The notes below the pieces were generated by a model. The model was given only the letters and a program-made list of their open reading frames with translations, did not search any database and was not told where the DNA came from. 32,000 nucleotides of DNA from NCBI RefSeq assembly GCF_000007985.2, contig NC_002939.5, positions 390,001-422,000 of the forward strand. Reading direction: 5' to 3'. The position numbers and the translations under genes are program-made. How positions within the stretch are numbered: position 1 is the first letter of the stretch; each line of letters starts with the position of its first letter. Origin of the DNA: Geobacter sulfurreducens PCA (GTDB taxonomy: Bacteria; Desulfobacterota; Desulfuromonadia; Geobacterales; Geobacteraceae). Shown here piece after piece: positions 16,001 to 25,714 of this stretch.

Positions 16001-17368
16001 TCACGGCCCCTGGTCCCGGGTTATGCCGAACTTTTCCAGCCGGTACTGGAGTGTTTTGTAGCTCATGCCGAGCAGCGGCGCCGCCTTTGCAATGACCCCA
16101 CCGGCCCGCTCCATGGCCTTGATGATCAGGTTCTTTTCCAGTTCCTCGAACTGGATGCCGTCGGCGGGAAGCTCGAAGGGGAGTCCGCCGCCCGGCGACA
16201 CCCCTTCGCCGATCTCCGCCGGCAGGTCGCCGGGTTCGACCAGCTCTCCCTCCGCCATGAGGATGCCCCGCTCGATCACCGACTCCAGCTGACGGACGTT
16301 GCCGGGCCAGCTGTAGTTCATGAGGAGCTTCAGGGCGGCGCGGGAGAGCCCCTTCACCCCCGTATCGCCCCGGTATTTCGCCACGAAGAAGTCGGTCAGG
16401 GCAGCTATGTCGCTTCCCCGTTCCCGCAGCGGCGGAAGGCTGATCCGGATCACGTTAAGGCGATAGAAGAGGTCCTCCCGGAAGTTGCCCCGGCGGATCT
16501 CCGCTTCCAGGTCACGGTTGGTGGCCGAGATGATCCGGACATCCACCGGGATGTTGACCTTGCCCCCCACCCGCCGGATCTCCTTGGCCTGGATCGCCCG
16601 CAGGAGTTTCGCCTGCATGGCCACGCTCATCTCCCCGATCTCGTCCAGAAAAACGGTGCCGCCGTTCGCGGCCTCGAAGATGCCGATCTCGCGGGAACTG
16701 GCGCCGGTGAAGGCACCCTTCTCGTGGCCGAACAGCTCGCTCTCCATGAGGGTTTCCGGGATGGCGGCACAGTTGATGGCGAAAAAGGGCTTGTCCGCCC
16801 GGGGGCTCCTTTCGTGGATGGCGCTGGCCACCAGCTCCTTGCCGGTGCCCGATTCGCCCTGGATGAGGACCGTGGAGGCGGTGGGCGCGATCTTGGTGAC
16901 GATCCGAAAGACCTCTTTCATCTTGGGGTGCTCGCCGATGATGTCCGGAATGGCGCCCGTTTCCTCCAGTTTTTTGTGGAGCGCCCGGTTCTCCTTCAGC
17001 AACCGGACCCGCTCTACCGCCCGCCGCAGGGTGAGCAGCAGGGTGTCCCGCTCCAGGGGCTTTTCCAGATAGTCAAAGGCCCCTTTCTTCATAGCTTCCA
17101 CTGCCGAGTCAACGGTGCCGTGGGCAGTCATCATGATGATGCACTGCTGCGGGTCAGCCGCCAACAGCCGCTCCAGCAGCTCCATTCCCGACATTCCCTG
17201 CATCTTCAGATCCGTGAGGATGACATCGAACTCCCGCTCGTCCAGCAAGGCCAGGGCCTCCTGTCCGCCGGCCGCCGTCGTGGTTTCGTAGCGTTCTCCC
17301 TCCAGGATGGTCTGGAGGATCTCGCGCTGCCCCCGTTCATCGTCGACGATCAGTATGGTTGCGGGCAT
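16001..17368 (-). CDS. NtrC-family sigma-54-dependent response regulator (REC + AAA+ + Fis-type HTH)
   Basis: ATG at 17368 follows GGAGAAACC (MPATILIVDDERGQ...). The track ORF extends ~90 codons upstream across the kinase stop. REC: FDVILTDLKMQGMSG. AAA+: [12 protein letters not shown] and GHEKGAFTGA. HTH: AAPLLGMSYKTLQYRLEKFGI. Confidence 0.9.
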   Translation of the reverse strand: MPATILIVDDERGQREILQTILEGERYETTTAAGGQEALALLDEREFDVILTDLKMQGMSGMELLERLLAADPQQCIIMMTAHGTVDSAVEAMKKGAFDYLEKPLERDTLLLTLRRAVERVRLLKENRALHKKLEETGAIPDIIGEHPKMKEVFRIVTKIAPTASTVLIQGESGTGKELVASAIHERSPRADKPFFAINCAAIPETLMESELFGHEKGAFTGASSREIGIFEAANGGTVFLDEIGEMSVAMQAKLLRAIQAKEIRRVGGKVNIPVDVRIISATNRDLEAEIRRGNFREDLFYRLNVIRISLPPLRERGSDIAALTDFFVAKYRGDTGVKGLSRAALKLLMNYSWPGNVRQLESVIERGILMAEGELVEPGDLPAEIGEGVSPGGGLPFELPADGIQFEELEKNLIIKAMERAGGVIAKAAPLLGMSYKTLQYRLEKFGITRDQGP

Positions 17369-17411
17369 GGTTTCTCCGTTCTGCATAAGTATAGGGTGTT
17401 TTCCGGTGAAG

Positions 17412-18827
17412 TCATCGCCCGCCCCGGAGAATGACGGTAAATGTGGTGCCCTGCGCCGGTGTGCTTTCCACGAGGATCTCACCGCCGTGCTCGCGGATGA
17501 TCCGCTCGGTGATGGCGAGACCCAGGCCGATCCCCGCTTCCTTGCTGGTGAACCAGGGCTGGAATATTTTCGGCAGGTCCTCCGGCGGGATACCGACCCC
17601 CTGGTCGGTAAAGGTAAGGTGGAATGTTTCCGTTTCCCGGTCAAAGGAGGCGCCGAGGGTGATGGTACCGCCCCCCGGCATGGCCTGGATGGCGTTGGTC
17701 ACGAAGTTGAAGACGCAGTTGCGGAGCATCTCGCCGTCCGCGCGCATGGGAGGGAGATCCGGCGGGATTTCGGTGGCCACGGCGATCCGCTGTTCGTCGA
17801 GACGCTCCCGGAGCAGCGGTAGGGCCCGGTCGATCAGCTCACGGTAGCAGACCTCACCGATGCGCAGCTTCAGCGGGCGGCCATAGTTCATGAAGTTGAC
17901 CACCAGGTAGTTGGCCCGCCGCACCTCCTCCTTGATCTTTTCCGCCAGAGGAACGAAGCGCTCGCCCTTGTCGGGGCAGGCAGCCACGAATTCGCCCTTG
18001 AGATGATCCACGGCAAGGCTGATGTAGTTGAGAGGGTTGCGTATTTCGTGGGCGATGCCCGACGCGAGCTGTCCCACCTTGGAGAGGTGTTCTGCCTCGT
18101 AGAGCCGTTTTTCAAGGTTTTCCCGTTCCTGGAGCTTGGTAACCATCTCGTTGAAGTTCCGCCCCAACTCGCCGATCTCGTCACTGCCCGCCACCGGGAA
18201 GCTCACGGTCAGGTCGCCGTCGGCCACCCGCCGGACCTGGGCGGCCAGCCGGTTGATGGGCGCCGTGTAGCGCGTTGCCAGGAAAATGGTGAAGATGATC
18301 CCCAGCAGAAAGACCAGCGAGGTGGCCACCACCCGGTTCACGAAGTTCTCATGCTGGATGGTCCTGATATTGTCCAGCAGCAGGTTGATCTGGACGTATC
18401 CCAGCTGCTGGTCGCCGACGATGACCGGCACCAGCAGCTCATAGGAGCGGTTGGCGGTGGCGCGTTCCCGACGGGATTCGGGTGCCGCCCTGAGCCCCTT
18501 TTCCATCTTCTTGATGTCGCGCTTCTTGCCCACCTTGGAAGGGTCGGACGAGTCGATGATCTCCCCTTCGTTGCTGATGATGCTGATCTCCTTGACCCCC
18601 CTGACCCGTGCCTCTTTCATGTAGCGGGCAAGCCGCTCCGGGTCGGGCTCGAACTCGGACGTCAGATCCTCGACGCTCATCTGGATGGCCTGGGAGACGA
18701 AGGAGGAGCTCTCCTGGATCTCCTGCACCATTTCGTTCTGACTGTACTGGTTGAGCACGAAGAGGGTGACGACGGCGATGACGAGCAGCGTCAGCATGAT
18801 CATCACCAGCTTGGTATTGAGTCTCAT
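17412..18827 (-). CDS. sensor histidine kinase (2 TM, periplasmic sensor, HAMP, HisKA, HATPase_c)
   Basis: ATG at 18827 (MRLNTKLVMIMLTLLVIAVVTLFVL = TM1). The longest-ORF start at 18914 falls on the -35 box of the operon promoter. TM2: VVATSLVFLLGIIFTIFLA. HAMP: PINRLAAQVRRVADGDL. H-box: ASGIAHEIRNPLN. N/G boxes: NAIQAM, DQGVGI, GIGLGLAI. Confidence 0.88.
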   Translation of the reverse strand: MRLNTKLVMIMLTLLVIAVVTLFVLNQYSQNEMVQEIQESSSFVSQAIQMSVEDLTSEFEPDPERLARYMKEARVRGVKEISIISNEGEIIDSSDPSKVGKKRDIKKMEKGLRAAPESRRERATANRSYELLVPVIVGDQQLGYVQINLLLDNIRTIQHENFVNRVVATSLVFLLGIIFTIFLATRYTAPINRLAAQVRRVADGDLTVSFPVAGSDEIGELGRNFNEMVTKLQERENLEKRLYEAEHLSKVGQLASGIAHEIRNPLNYISLAVDHLKGEFVAACPDKGERFVPLAEKIKEEVRRANYLVVNFMNYGRPLKLRIGEVCYRELIDRALPLLRERLDEQRIAVATEIPPDLPPMRADGEMLRNCVFNFVTNAIQAMPGGGTITLGASFDRETETFHLTFTDQGVGIPPEDLPKIFQPWFTSKEAGIGLGLAITERIIREHGGEILVESTPAQGTTFTVILRGGR

Positions 18828-18885
18828 GGGGCCTCTGGTGGGCGTTCGACGTAAAAAATCGAGTCCTTGTGGGCGGTACGGCGGG

Positions 18886-18914
18886 ATTATACACCAGGGC
18901 CAAGGGGGTGGCAA
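18886..18914 (-). promoter_or_regulatory. strong sigma-70 promoter for the kinase/response-regulator operon
   Basis: On the - strand: TTGCCA (rc of 18909-18914), 17-nt spacer, TATAAT (rc of 18886-18891). This predicts a ~50-nt leader to the ATG at 18827. Confidence 0.55.
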
Positions 18915-19012
18915 GGCGGCTCTCCCAGCGCTTCTTTTGTAGGATAAACTCTGCTATGATCGGCCGGAACGACCAGACCGCCCGGCAGATGGGGGTGAGG
19001 AGGATGGAAGCT

Positions 19013-19345
19013 GTGCATGAAATGTCCATAACCCAAAACGTGGTAGAAATATGCGAGAAAAGCGCGGAGGGCCGGCGAATTCTGGCGGTCGTGCTGGAGA
19101 TCGGCGAGCTGTCCGGCGTGGTGCCCGAGGCCGTGGAGTTCTGCTTCGAGGCATGCACCGCCGGCACCCTTGCCGAGGGGGCACGGCTTGCCATCGACCG
19201 TGTTCCCGGCCGGGGAGAGTGCGGCAACTGCGCCACCGTGTTCCCGGTCCGGACCTACTTCGACCCCTGTCCCGCCTGCGGCGCCTACGGGGTGCGGGTG
19301 GTGGCCGGTGAAGAGCTGCGGGTAAAGGAACTGGAGGTCGAGTAG
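19013..19345 (+). CDS. hypA: hydrogenase nickel-insertion/maturation factor HypA
   Basis: GTG at 19013 lies 9 nt after AGGAGG and gives the canonical N-terminus (M)HEMSITQNVVEI. Zn-site cysteines: CGNC...CPAC. The result is ~110 aa, typical HypA size. The track start at 18869 is far upstream. Confidence 0.88.
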   Translation: MHEMSITQNVVEICEKSAEGRRILAVVLEIGELSGVVPEAVEFCFEACTAGTLAEGARLAIDRVPGRGECGNCATVFPVRTYFDPCPACGAYGVRVVAGEELRVKELEVE

Positions 19346-19397
19346 ACGATCCGTCTGCCCGGCGCAGTGGCAACGTCGGTTTCCTGCGGTAAAATCG

Positions 19398-19426
19398 TTT
19401 ACAAACCCCCGGTCATCATTTACAGT
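19398..19426 (+). promoter_or_regulatory. candidate sigma-70 promoter of the gcv/lipoylation operon
   Basis: TTTACA (19398-19403), 17-nt spacer, TACAGT (19421-19426), about 40 nt upstream of the gcvT ATG. Confidence 0.4.
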
Positions 19427-19467
19427 TGTGGCCCCGCCCACAGCCATCCCCCCTTCGGGAGACCCCC

Positions 19468-20556
19468 ATGGATACCCTCGCAAGCACCCCGTTGCGCATC
19501 GAGCACGAACGCCTCAACGCCCTCATGGCCCCCTTCGGCGGCTGGAACATGCCGATCCAGTACGAAGGGATCATCGCCGAGCACCGGTGGTGCCGGGAGA
19601 AGGCCTCCCTGTTCGACATCTGCCACATGGGGGAATTCCTCTTCACGGGCGATATCATCGCCGACGGACTGGAAGACGTCTTCACGTTTTCGGTGGCCTC
19701 CATCCCGGTGGGGCGGTCCCGCTACGGCTTCCTCCTGAACGGAGACGGCGGCATCATGGACGATCTGATCGTCTTCCGCCTGGCGCAGAACGAGGCCATG
19801 GTGGTGGTGAACGCGGCCACCATAGGCAAGGATTTCGCTGCCATCTCCGCCCGTCTCGGCGGCGGCGGGTTTCAGGACATCTCCGCCGCAACCGCCAAGC
19901 TCGATCTCCAGGGCCCCCTCTCCCGGGAAGTACTTGTGGAGGTCATCGGCCCGGAAATCGCGGCAATTCCCTATTTCAAATTCATCCGGACCAAGGTTCT
20001 CGGCGCCGATGCCATCGTGAGCCGCACCGGCTATACCGGAGAACTCGGCTATGAGATCTTCCTTCCGTCGGACCGCGTGGTGGAACTCTGGCAGCGGCTG
20101 TTGGCCGATCCCCGCGTCAGACCCGCCGGCCTCGGCGCCCGGGACGTGCTCCGGCTGGAGGTGGGCTACAGCCTCTACGGCAGCGATATCGACGAGTCTA
20201 CCACTCCCCTGGAGGCGGGGCTCGAGTCCTTCGTGTCCTTTGACAAGTCCTTCGTGGGCAAAGATGCGCTCCTGGCCCAGCGGGCGGAAGGGGTGATGCG
20301 TCGCCGGGTGGCCTTTCAGGTCGCTTCCCGCCGTTCTCCCCGCCACGACTACGAGATTTTGTTCCAGGGCGAGCAGGTCGGCGCCGTCACCAGCGGTGTC
20401 TTTTCCCCCATGCTCGGCTGCGGCCTCGGCCTCGGCTATGTGACTCCCGGCACGGCCGTCCCCGGCGCCCCGCTCACGATCCGGCACGAGCGGGTCAGCA
20501 TGGATGCGACGGTGGTGGACGCCCCTTTCTATCGGGGAGGGTCCCTGCGCGCCTGA
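19468..20556 (+). CDS. gcvT: glycine cleavage system aminomethyltransferase (T protein)
   Basis: ATG at 19468 lies 6 nt after GGGAGA. Sequence MDTLASTPLRIEHERLNALMAPFGGWNMPIQYEGIIAEH...SRTGYTGELGYEIF is typical GcvT. Confidence 0.93.
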   Translation: MDTLASTPLRIEHERLNALMAPFGGWNMPIQYEGIIAEHRWCREKASLFDICHMGEFLFTGDIIADGLEDVFTFSVASIPVGRSRYGFLLNGDGGIMDDLIVFRLAQNEAMVVVNAATIGKDFAAISARLGGGGFQDISAATAKLDLQGPLSREVLVEVIGPEIAAIPYFKFIRTKVLGADAIVSRTGYTGELGYEIFLPSDRVVELWQRLLADPRVRPAGLGARDVLRLEVGYSLYGSDIDESTTPLEAGLESFVSFDKSFVGKDALLAQRAEGVMRRRVAFQVASRRSPRHDYEILFQGEQVGAVTSGVFSPMLGCGLGLGYVTPGTAVPGAPLTIRHERVSMDATVVDAPFYRGGSLRA

Positions 20557-20611
20557 TTTGCCGGCAGATAATCCATTCAGTTCGTCATACATCCACAAGG
20601 AGGCAACAGTC

Positions 20612-20986
20612 ATGGAAACCTATTTCACCAAAGAGCACGAGTGGGTCAAGGTCAAGGAAGGCGTGGCCGCCGTGGGGATCACCGAGTACGCCGCTCACCA
20701 GCTGGGAGACGTTACCTTCGTGGAGCTGCCGCAGGTCGGGAAGCAGGTGAAGCAGTTCGAGGTGCTGGCGGCCATCGAGTCGGTGAAGGCGGCCAGTGAC
20801 ATCTACGCCCCGGTTTCGGGGAAGGTGACCCAGGTGAACGAAGCCCTTGACGATCGTCCCGAGATCGTGAACGAGGCCGCCGAGGAGGCGGGGTGGATTG
20901 CCTGGATCGAGATGGGGGATACCTCTGAACTGAACGGTCTCCTGACCCGCGAACAGTACGACGAGTATCTGAAGGGCCTCGAATAA
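20612..20986 (+). CDS. gcvH: glycine cleavage system H protein (lipoyl carrier)
   Basis: ATG at 20612 follows AAGGAGG. Sequence [27 protein letters not shown]... Lipoyl-lysine motif: [18 protein letters not shown]. Confidence 0.95.
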   Translation: METYFTKEHEWVKVKEGVAAVGITEYAAHQLGDVTFVELPQVGKQVKQFEVLAAIESVKAASDIYAPVSGKVTQVNEALDDRPEIVNEAAEEAGWIAWIEMGDTSELNGLLTREQYDEYLKGLE

Positions 20987-22332
20987 TGAGCGGCGCCGAC
21001 TACTGCCCCAACTCGCCGGAGGAGGTCCGCCGGATGCTGGACGCTGTCGGCGTCGCCGACATTGATGACCTTTTCCGCCCGATTTCCCCCGCCCTGCGGG
21101 CGAAATCCTTCGATCTGCCGCCGGGGATGTCGGAGTTCGAGATGCTGCACCGGCTCCAGACCCTGGCGGGCAGGAACGCTCAGGGCCTGGTCCACTTCGT
21201 GGGGGGCGGCTTCCATGATCACCTGATCCCGGCCGTGGTGGACCATCTGGCGTCCCGTCCCGAATTCTACACCGCCTATACCCCCTACCAGCCCGAGTGT
21301 TCCCAGGGAACGCTCCAGGCCCTCTTCGAGTATCAGACCGCCATCTGTCGGCTGACCGGCATGGAGGTTGCCAATGCCTCCCTCTACGACGGCGGCACGG
21401 CCCTGGCCGAGGCCGCCCTCATGGCCCTGCGGATCACGGGGCGCAGCCGGCTGGTGGTCGATGGCGCGGTGAACCCGTTCCACCGGGAGATCCTCGCCAC
21501 CTACCTAGCCAACCTGGACGTGGAACTGGTGGAAATCGCCCCCAAGGCGGGGATGGAGGACGATGCCCGGCTGCGGGCCGCCATCGACGATGCCACCGCC
21601 GCGGTCATTGTCCAGAATCCCGACTTTTTCGGGACCCTGAGCGACCTTTCCGGGCTCGCGGCCGAGGCCCACGGGGTGGGCGCGCTCCTGGTGGCCTCGG
21701 TCTACCCGATCTCACTGGGCCTCGTCCGGAGTCCCGGCAGCATGGGGGCCGACATCGTGGTGGGGGACGGCCAAAGCCTCGGCAACCCTCTCTCGTTCGG
21801 CGGTCCCTCCTTCGGGTTCATCGCCGGTCGGCGCGAACACATCCGCAACCTTCCGGGCCGCATCATCGGCGAGACCGTGGACCGGAACGGCGCCCGTGGC
21901 TTCGTTCTGACCCTCCAGGCGCGGGAGCAACACATCAAGCGCCACAAGGCCACCTCCAACATCTGCAGCAACCAGAGCCTCTGCGCCCTGCGCGGCCTCA
22001 TCTTCCTCTCGGCCCTGGGGAGCGAGGGGATGGCGGAGCTCGCCCGCCTGAACCGCGACAAGGCCGAATATGCCAAAGCCGTCCTCGGCGCCGTGCCGGG
22101 GGTGGAGGTGCTGAACAGCGGCTTCACCTTCAACGAGTTCACGGTCTGCCTCCCCAAGGTGGCCGAGGAAGCGGTCGTGGCGCTGCTCCGCAAGGGGGTG
22201 GCGGCCGGAGTTCCCCTGGGGCCTTACTACCCGGACATGGAGAAGTGCATGGTGGTGACGGTGACCGAAAGGCGGACCAGGGCCGAGATCGACGCCTTTG
22301 CCCGGCAACTGGAGGGTGCGTTATGGAACTGA
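20986..22332 (+). CDS. gcvPA: glycine dehydrogenase (decarboxylating) subunit 1 (P protein alpha)
   Basis: The start overlaps the gcvH stop (TAATG). Sequence ...[48 protein letters not shown]... is typical of split P protein subunit 1. Confidence 0.93.
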   Translation: MSGADYCPNSPEEVRRMLDAVGVADIDDLFRPISPALRAKSFDLPPGMSEFEMLHRLQTLAGRNAQGLVHFVGGGFHDHLIPAVVDHLASRPEFYTAYTPYQPECSQGTLQALFEYQTAICRLTGMEVANASLYDGGTALAEAALMALRITGRSRLVVDGAVNPFHREILATYLANLDVELVEIAPKAGMEDDARLRAAIDDATAAVIVQNPDFFGTLSDLSGLAAEAHGVGALLVASVYPISLGLVRSPGSMGADIVVGDGQSLGNPLSFGGPSFGFIAGRREHIRNLPGRIIGETVDRNGARGFVLTLQAREQHIKRHKATSNICSNQSLCALRGLIFLSALGSEGMAELARLNRDKAEYAKAVLGAVPGVEVLNSGFTFNEFTVCLPKVAEEAVVALLRKGVAAGVPLGPYYPDMEKCMVVTVTERRTRAEIDAFARQLEGALWN

Positions 22333-23768
22333 TCTTCGAAAAGTCGGTGACCGGCCGCCGGGGCGTCCGGCTCCCGGCCAGTGACGTCCCTCCGGCTCCT
22401 CCCCTTTCGGCGGTGCTTGCCCGTGACGGGGCGCCGGATCTGCCCCAGGTGAGCGAACTGGACGTGGTGCGCCACTTCACCACCCTGTCGCGGCGCAATT
22501 TTTCGGTGGATACCCACTTCTATCCGTTGGGCTCCTGCACCATGAAGTACAATGCCAAGGCCCTGGAGGAGGCGGCAAAGCTTTTTGCCCCCTATCACCC
22601 CATGGTGCCGCTCCTGCCCCATGGCGCATCCTTCAGCCAGGGAAGCCTGGGGCTCGTGCACGGGCTGGGCGAGGCCCTGGCCGAGATCACCGGCATGGAC
22701 GAAGTGACCTGCCAGCCCCTGGCCGGCGCCCACGGCGAGATGACCGGCATCATGCTCATCGCCGCCTACCACGAGGCAAAGGGGAACCGGAAAAAATACG
22801 TGGTGGTCCCCGATTCATCCCACGGCACCAACCCGGCCTCGGCCGCCATGGTGGGCTACGAGATCATCACCGTTCCCACGGCCCCTTACGGGGACATGGA
22901 CCTGGAGAAATACCGCGCGGTCATGACCGACGAGGTGGCGGCGGTCATGATGACCTGCCCCAACACCCTGGGACTCTTTAATCCCCACATCCGGGAGATC
23001 TGCGACATCGCCCACGACCACGACGCCCTCATGTACTACGACGGGGCCAACCTGAACGCCATCCTCGGCAAGGTGCGGCCCGGCGACGTGGGGTTCGACG
23101 TGATCCACGTGAATCTTCACAAGACCTTCGGCACCCCCCACGGCGGGGGTGGGCCGGGGAGCGGCCCCGTGGGGGTGAAGAAGCTGCTGGCCTCCTATCT
23201 GCCGGGGCCGCGCGTGGTGAAGAACAGCGACGGCGATTATTCCGTCATTCCCCATTCCCACGAGAGCATCGGTCGCACTGCGGGGTTCTTCGGCAACTTC
23301 GGAGTCATGGCCAAGGCCTTTGCCTATATCACCATGCTCGGACGGGAAGGGCTCATCCAGGTGAGCGAGCAGGCGGTCCTGAACGCCAACTACATCATGG
23401 CCCGGCTGAAGGACGTCTACGACCTCCCCTACGACCAGACCTGCATGCACGAATGCGTCTTTTCGGCAGCAAGGCAGGCGCGGAACGGCGTCCATGCCAT
23501 CGATATCGCCAAGTTCCTCATCGACCGCGGTTTCCATCCCCCTACGGTCTACTTTCCCCTCATCGTCAAGGAGGCGATCATGATCGAGCCCACCGAGACC
23601 GAGAGCAAGGAGACCATGGACGCTTTCATCGAGGCCATGCGCGATGCCGCCGACCTGGCGGAGAGGAATCCGGCCGCCTTTGCCGAACTGCCGCGGACCA
23701 TGCCCATCACCCGTCCGGACGAGACCAAGGCAGCCCGCGAGCAGAACGTGTGCTACTTCGGGTGCTGA
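22323..23768 (+). CDS. gcvPB: glycine dehydrogenase (decarboxylating) subunit 2 (P protein beta)
   Basis: ATG at 22323 ([14 protein letters not shown]) lies 10 nt inside the end of gcvPA, after GGAGGG. PLP-lysine region: [18 protein letters not shown]. The track ORF from 21297 is an out-of-frame read-through of gcvPA. Confidence 0.93.
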   Translation: MELIFEKSVTGRRGVRLPASDVPPAPPLSAVLARDGAPDLPQVSELDVVRHFTTLSRRNFSVDTHFYPLGSCTMKYNAKALEEAAKLFAPYHPMVPLLPHGASFSQGSLGLVHGLGEALAEITGMDEVTCQPLAGAHGEMTGIMLIAAYHEAKGNRKKYVVVPDSSHGTNPASAAMVGYEIITVPTAPYGDMDLEKYRAVMTDEVAAVMMTCPNTLGLFNPHIREICDIAHDHDALMYYDGANLNAILGKVRPGDVGFDVIHVNLHKTFGTPHGGGGPGSGPVGVKKLLASYLPGPRVVKNSDGDYSVIPHSHESIGRTAGFFGNFGVMAKAFAYITMLGREGLIQVSEQAVLNANYIMARLKDVYDLPYDQTCMHECVFSAARQARNGVHAIDIAKFLIDRGFHPPTVYFPLIVKEAIMIEPTETESKETMDAFIEAMRDAADLAERNPAAFAELPRTMPITRPDETKAAREQNVCYFGC

Positions 23769-24577
23769 TGGAGCCGCCGGCCTGGCGCCTCATCGATACC
23801 GGCCCCCTGGACGGCCCACGGAACATGGCGGTGGACGAGGCGCTCCTCCGCCACTTCGGCCAGGGGGCAGCGCCGGTGCTCCGCCTCTACGGCTGGGAGC
23901 CGCCGGCCTTTTCCGTGGGGCGCTTCCAGAAGGCCGACGAGGCGATCGACCGGGAGCGCTGCCGCCGGGCCGACATTCCGGTGGTCCGTCGGATCACCGG
24001 CGGCGGACTCATCTATCACGGCCCCGAGCTTACCTATTCCCTGGTCTGCGCCCCCCGGCACATTGCCGGAGCTCGGGGGGTGAAGGAGTCGTTCCGGGCG
24101 CTCACCGGCTTTCTGTTCCGTTTCTACGGGGAACTGGGCCTGGCGGCGTGCTGGGCCGCGGATGACGCCGCCGGGGATGCGAGGCTCGGAGCGCGGACTC
24201 CCCTCTGCTTTGCGGGCAGGGAAGAAAGCGACATCGTCATCCGCGGGAGGAAGATCGGCGGCAACGCCCAGCGCCGGCTACGGGACGCCATTTTTCAGCA
24301 TGGTTCCATCCCCTTGGCGGATGGCGTGGGAGAGGCACTCCCCTTTTTCCGGTCGGTGCCCGCGGGCCTCCGGGAGGGGACCACTGATCTGGCCGCCCTG
24401 GGGGTGGCTGGCGGGGCGGACCGGCTGCGAGCGCTGCTGGCCCGTTCCTTCAGCGCGGCCCACGGTGTGGCGCTGGTTCCGTCGGAACTCTCACCGGCGG
24501 AGCGGGAGACCGCTGACCGGCTCCTCCGGGAGCGCTACGGCAACGACGACTGGAATTTCGGGGGAGAAAACGGGTGA
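23768..24577 (+). CDS. BPL/LPL-family lipoate-protein ligase / octanoyltransferase (LipM-like)
   Basis: The start overlaps the gcvPB stop (TGATG). Sequence [27 protein letters not shown]...LRLYGWEPPAFSVGRFQK. Candidate acyl-thioester Cys in TPLCFAG, and lysine motif RGRKIGGNAQRR. Confidence 0.8.
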   Translation: MEPPAWRLIDTGPLDGPRNMAVDEALLRHFGQGAAPVLRLYGWEPPAFSVGRFQKADEAIDRERCRRADIPVVRRITGGGLIYHGPELTYSLVCAPRHIAGARGVKESFRALTGFLFRFYGELGLAACWAADDAAGDARLGARTPLCFAGREESDIVIRGRKIGGNAQRRLRDAIFQHGSIPLADGVGEALPFFRSVPAGLREGTTDLAALGVAGGADRLRALLARSFSAAHGVALVPSELSPAERETADRLLRERYGNDDWNFGGENG

Positions 24578-25485
24578 ACATCCACCGCAAGCCGGAATGG
24601 CTCCGGAAAAAAATCAACCCTGCCGCCCACGGCGCCATGGATGAGCTGCTGGGAGAGTTGCGGCTCCACACGGTCTGCCGGGAGGCGCGCTGCCCCAATA
24701 TCACCGAGTGCTTCCGGGAACGCCAGGCAACCTTTCTGATTCTCGGCGCGGAGTGCACCCGCCTCTGCTCCTTCTGCAACGTCACCAAGGGAGAGCCGCT
24801 GCCGCCCGACCCGGACGAGCCGGCACGGGTGGCCCAGGCCGTTGTCCGCCTGAGTCTGGCCCATGTGGTGATCACGAGCCCCACCCGGGACGATCTTCCC
24901 GACGGCGGAGCCGGCCACTACGTCGCCACCGTGGCGACCATCGGCCGGGTTGCGCCCGCAACCGTCGTGGAGCTTCTCATCCCCGACTTCCTCGGTAGTC
25001 GCGCGGCCCTGGCGGATGTCGTGGCTGCCGCGCCACGGATCATCGGGCACAATGTGGAAACCGTTCCCCGTCTCTACGCCATTCGTGCCGGCGCCGACTA
25101 CGGCCGTTCGCTGGCGGTGCTCCGCACCCTGCGCGAACTGGCGCCGGGGTGTGCCACCAAGTCGGGGCTCATGCTCGGCCTGGGTGAGACGGAAGAGGAA
25201 GTCCTGGCGGTGATGGCCGACCTGCGGCGGGTCGACTGCACCTACCTCAGCCTCGGCCAGTACCTGGCTCCGAGCCGGTTCCACCACCCCGTGCGGGAGT
25301 TCGTCCTCCCCGAGACCTTTGACCGGCTGAAGGAACTGGCCGAAAAGATGGGATTCCGCCACGTGGAGAGTGGCCCCTACGTCCGCAGTTCCTACCACGC
25401 TGCCGGCTACGGCGGCGGAACGCGTACAGATCAACCCGTCGCATCCGGCTGTCTGTCGGATCAGGAAGGAGTATCAGCACAATGA
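24574..25485 (+). CDS. lipA: lipoyl synthase (radical SAM)
   Basis: The GTG start overlaps the upstream stop (GTGA). Auxiliary cluster: CREARCPNITECF. Radical SAM motif: CTRLCSFCNV. C-terminal VRSSYHA motif. Confidence 0.93.
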   Translation: MNIHRKPEWLRKKINPAAHGAMDELLGELRLHTVCREARCPNITECFRERQATFLILGAECTRLCSFCNVTKGEPLPPDPDEPARVAQAVVRLSLAHVVITSPTRDDLPDGGAGHYVATVATIGRVAPATVVELLIPDFLGSRAALADVVAAAPRIIGHNVETVPRLYAIRAGADYGRSLAVLRTLRELAPGCATKSGLMLGLGETEEEVLAVMADLRRVDCTYLSLGQYLAPSRFHHPVREFVLPETFDRLKELAEKMGFRHVESGPYVRSSYHAAGYGGGTRTDQPVASGCLSDQEGVSAQ

Positions 25486-25706
25486 GAAAGATAACCGTTC
25501 TTGCCCTGGTCGCCTCCATGCTCACTCTTGCCGCCTGCTCGGGCAAGGGTGTCCAGGAACTTTACGACACAGCCCAGTTCGAGGAGAAACAGCACAATCT
25601 GGAGCACGCGACAAAGCTCTACGAGGAGATCGTGGCCAAGCATCCCCAGTCGGAACTGGCCGCCCGGGCCAAGGAGCGGCTCGAAGCGATCAAGGCGGGG
25701 AAATAG
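25482..25706 (+). CDS. small (74 aa) helical lipoprotein, TPR-hairpin-like; hypothetical
   Basis: ATGA overlap with the lipA stop. GGAAGGAG lies 10 nt upstream. Signal plus lipobox: MRKITVLALVASMLTLAAC. The mature ~55 aa is predicted helical: LYDTAQFEEKQHNLEHATKLYEEIVAKHPQSELAARAKERL. Confidence 0.6.
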   Translation: MRKITVLALVASMLTLAACSGKGVQELYDTAQFEEKQHNLEHATKLYEEIVAKHPQSELAARAKERLEAIKAGK

Positions 25707-25714
25707 GAGGGAAT

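Noticed and set aside
18828-18914. Longest-ORF start of the histidine kinase at 18914
   Set aside because: That position coincides with the -35 hexamer of the TTGCCA-17-TATAAT promoter. The added 29 residues (MPPPWPWCIIPPYRPQG...) precede the obvious TM1 and look non-native. ATG 18827 is preferred.
19346-19467. Expected glycine riboswitch upstream of gcvT
   Set aside because: I looked for the conserved tandem aptamer elements (GGAGAG...CACCG...GGGGCAA-type cores) and saw none. The leader is also too short for a tandem riboswitch. An Infernal scan is needed for certainty.
19420-20613. 397-aa ORF on the - strand opposite gcvT
   Set aside because: The same antisense artefact. Its ends coincide with the gcvT boundaries and the protein is Gly/Ala/His/Glu-rich with no domain signature.
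21297-22322. 1-kb upstream extension of the gcvPB reading frame (track ORF 21297..23768)
   Set aside because: The extension is an alternative frame of gcvPA and translates to Arg/Pro/Gly-rich sequence. The true start is ATG 22323, with an RBS and the conserved MELIFEKS N-terminus.
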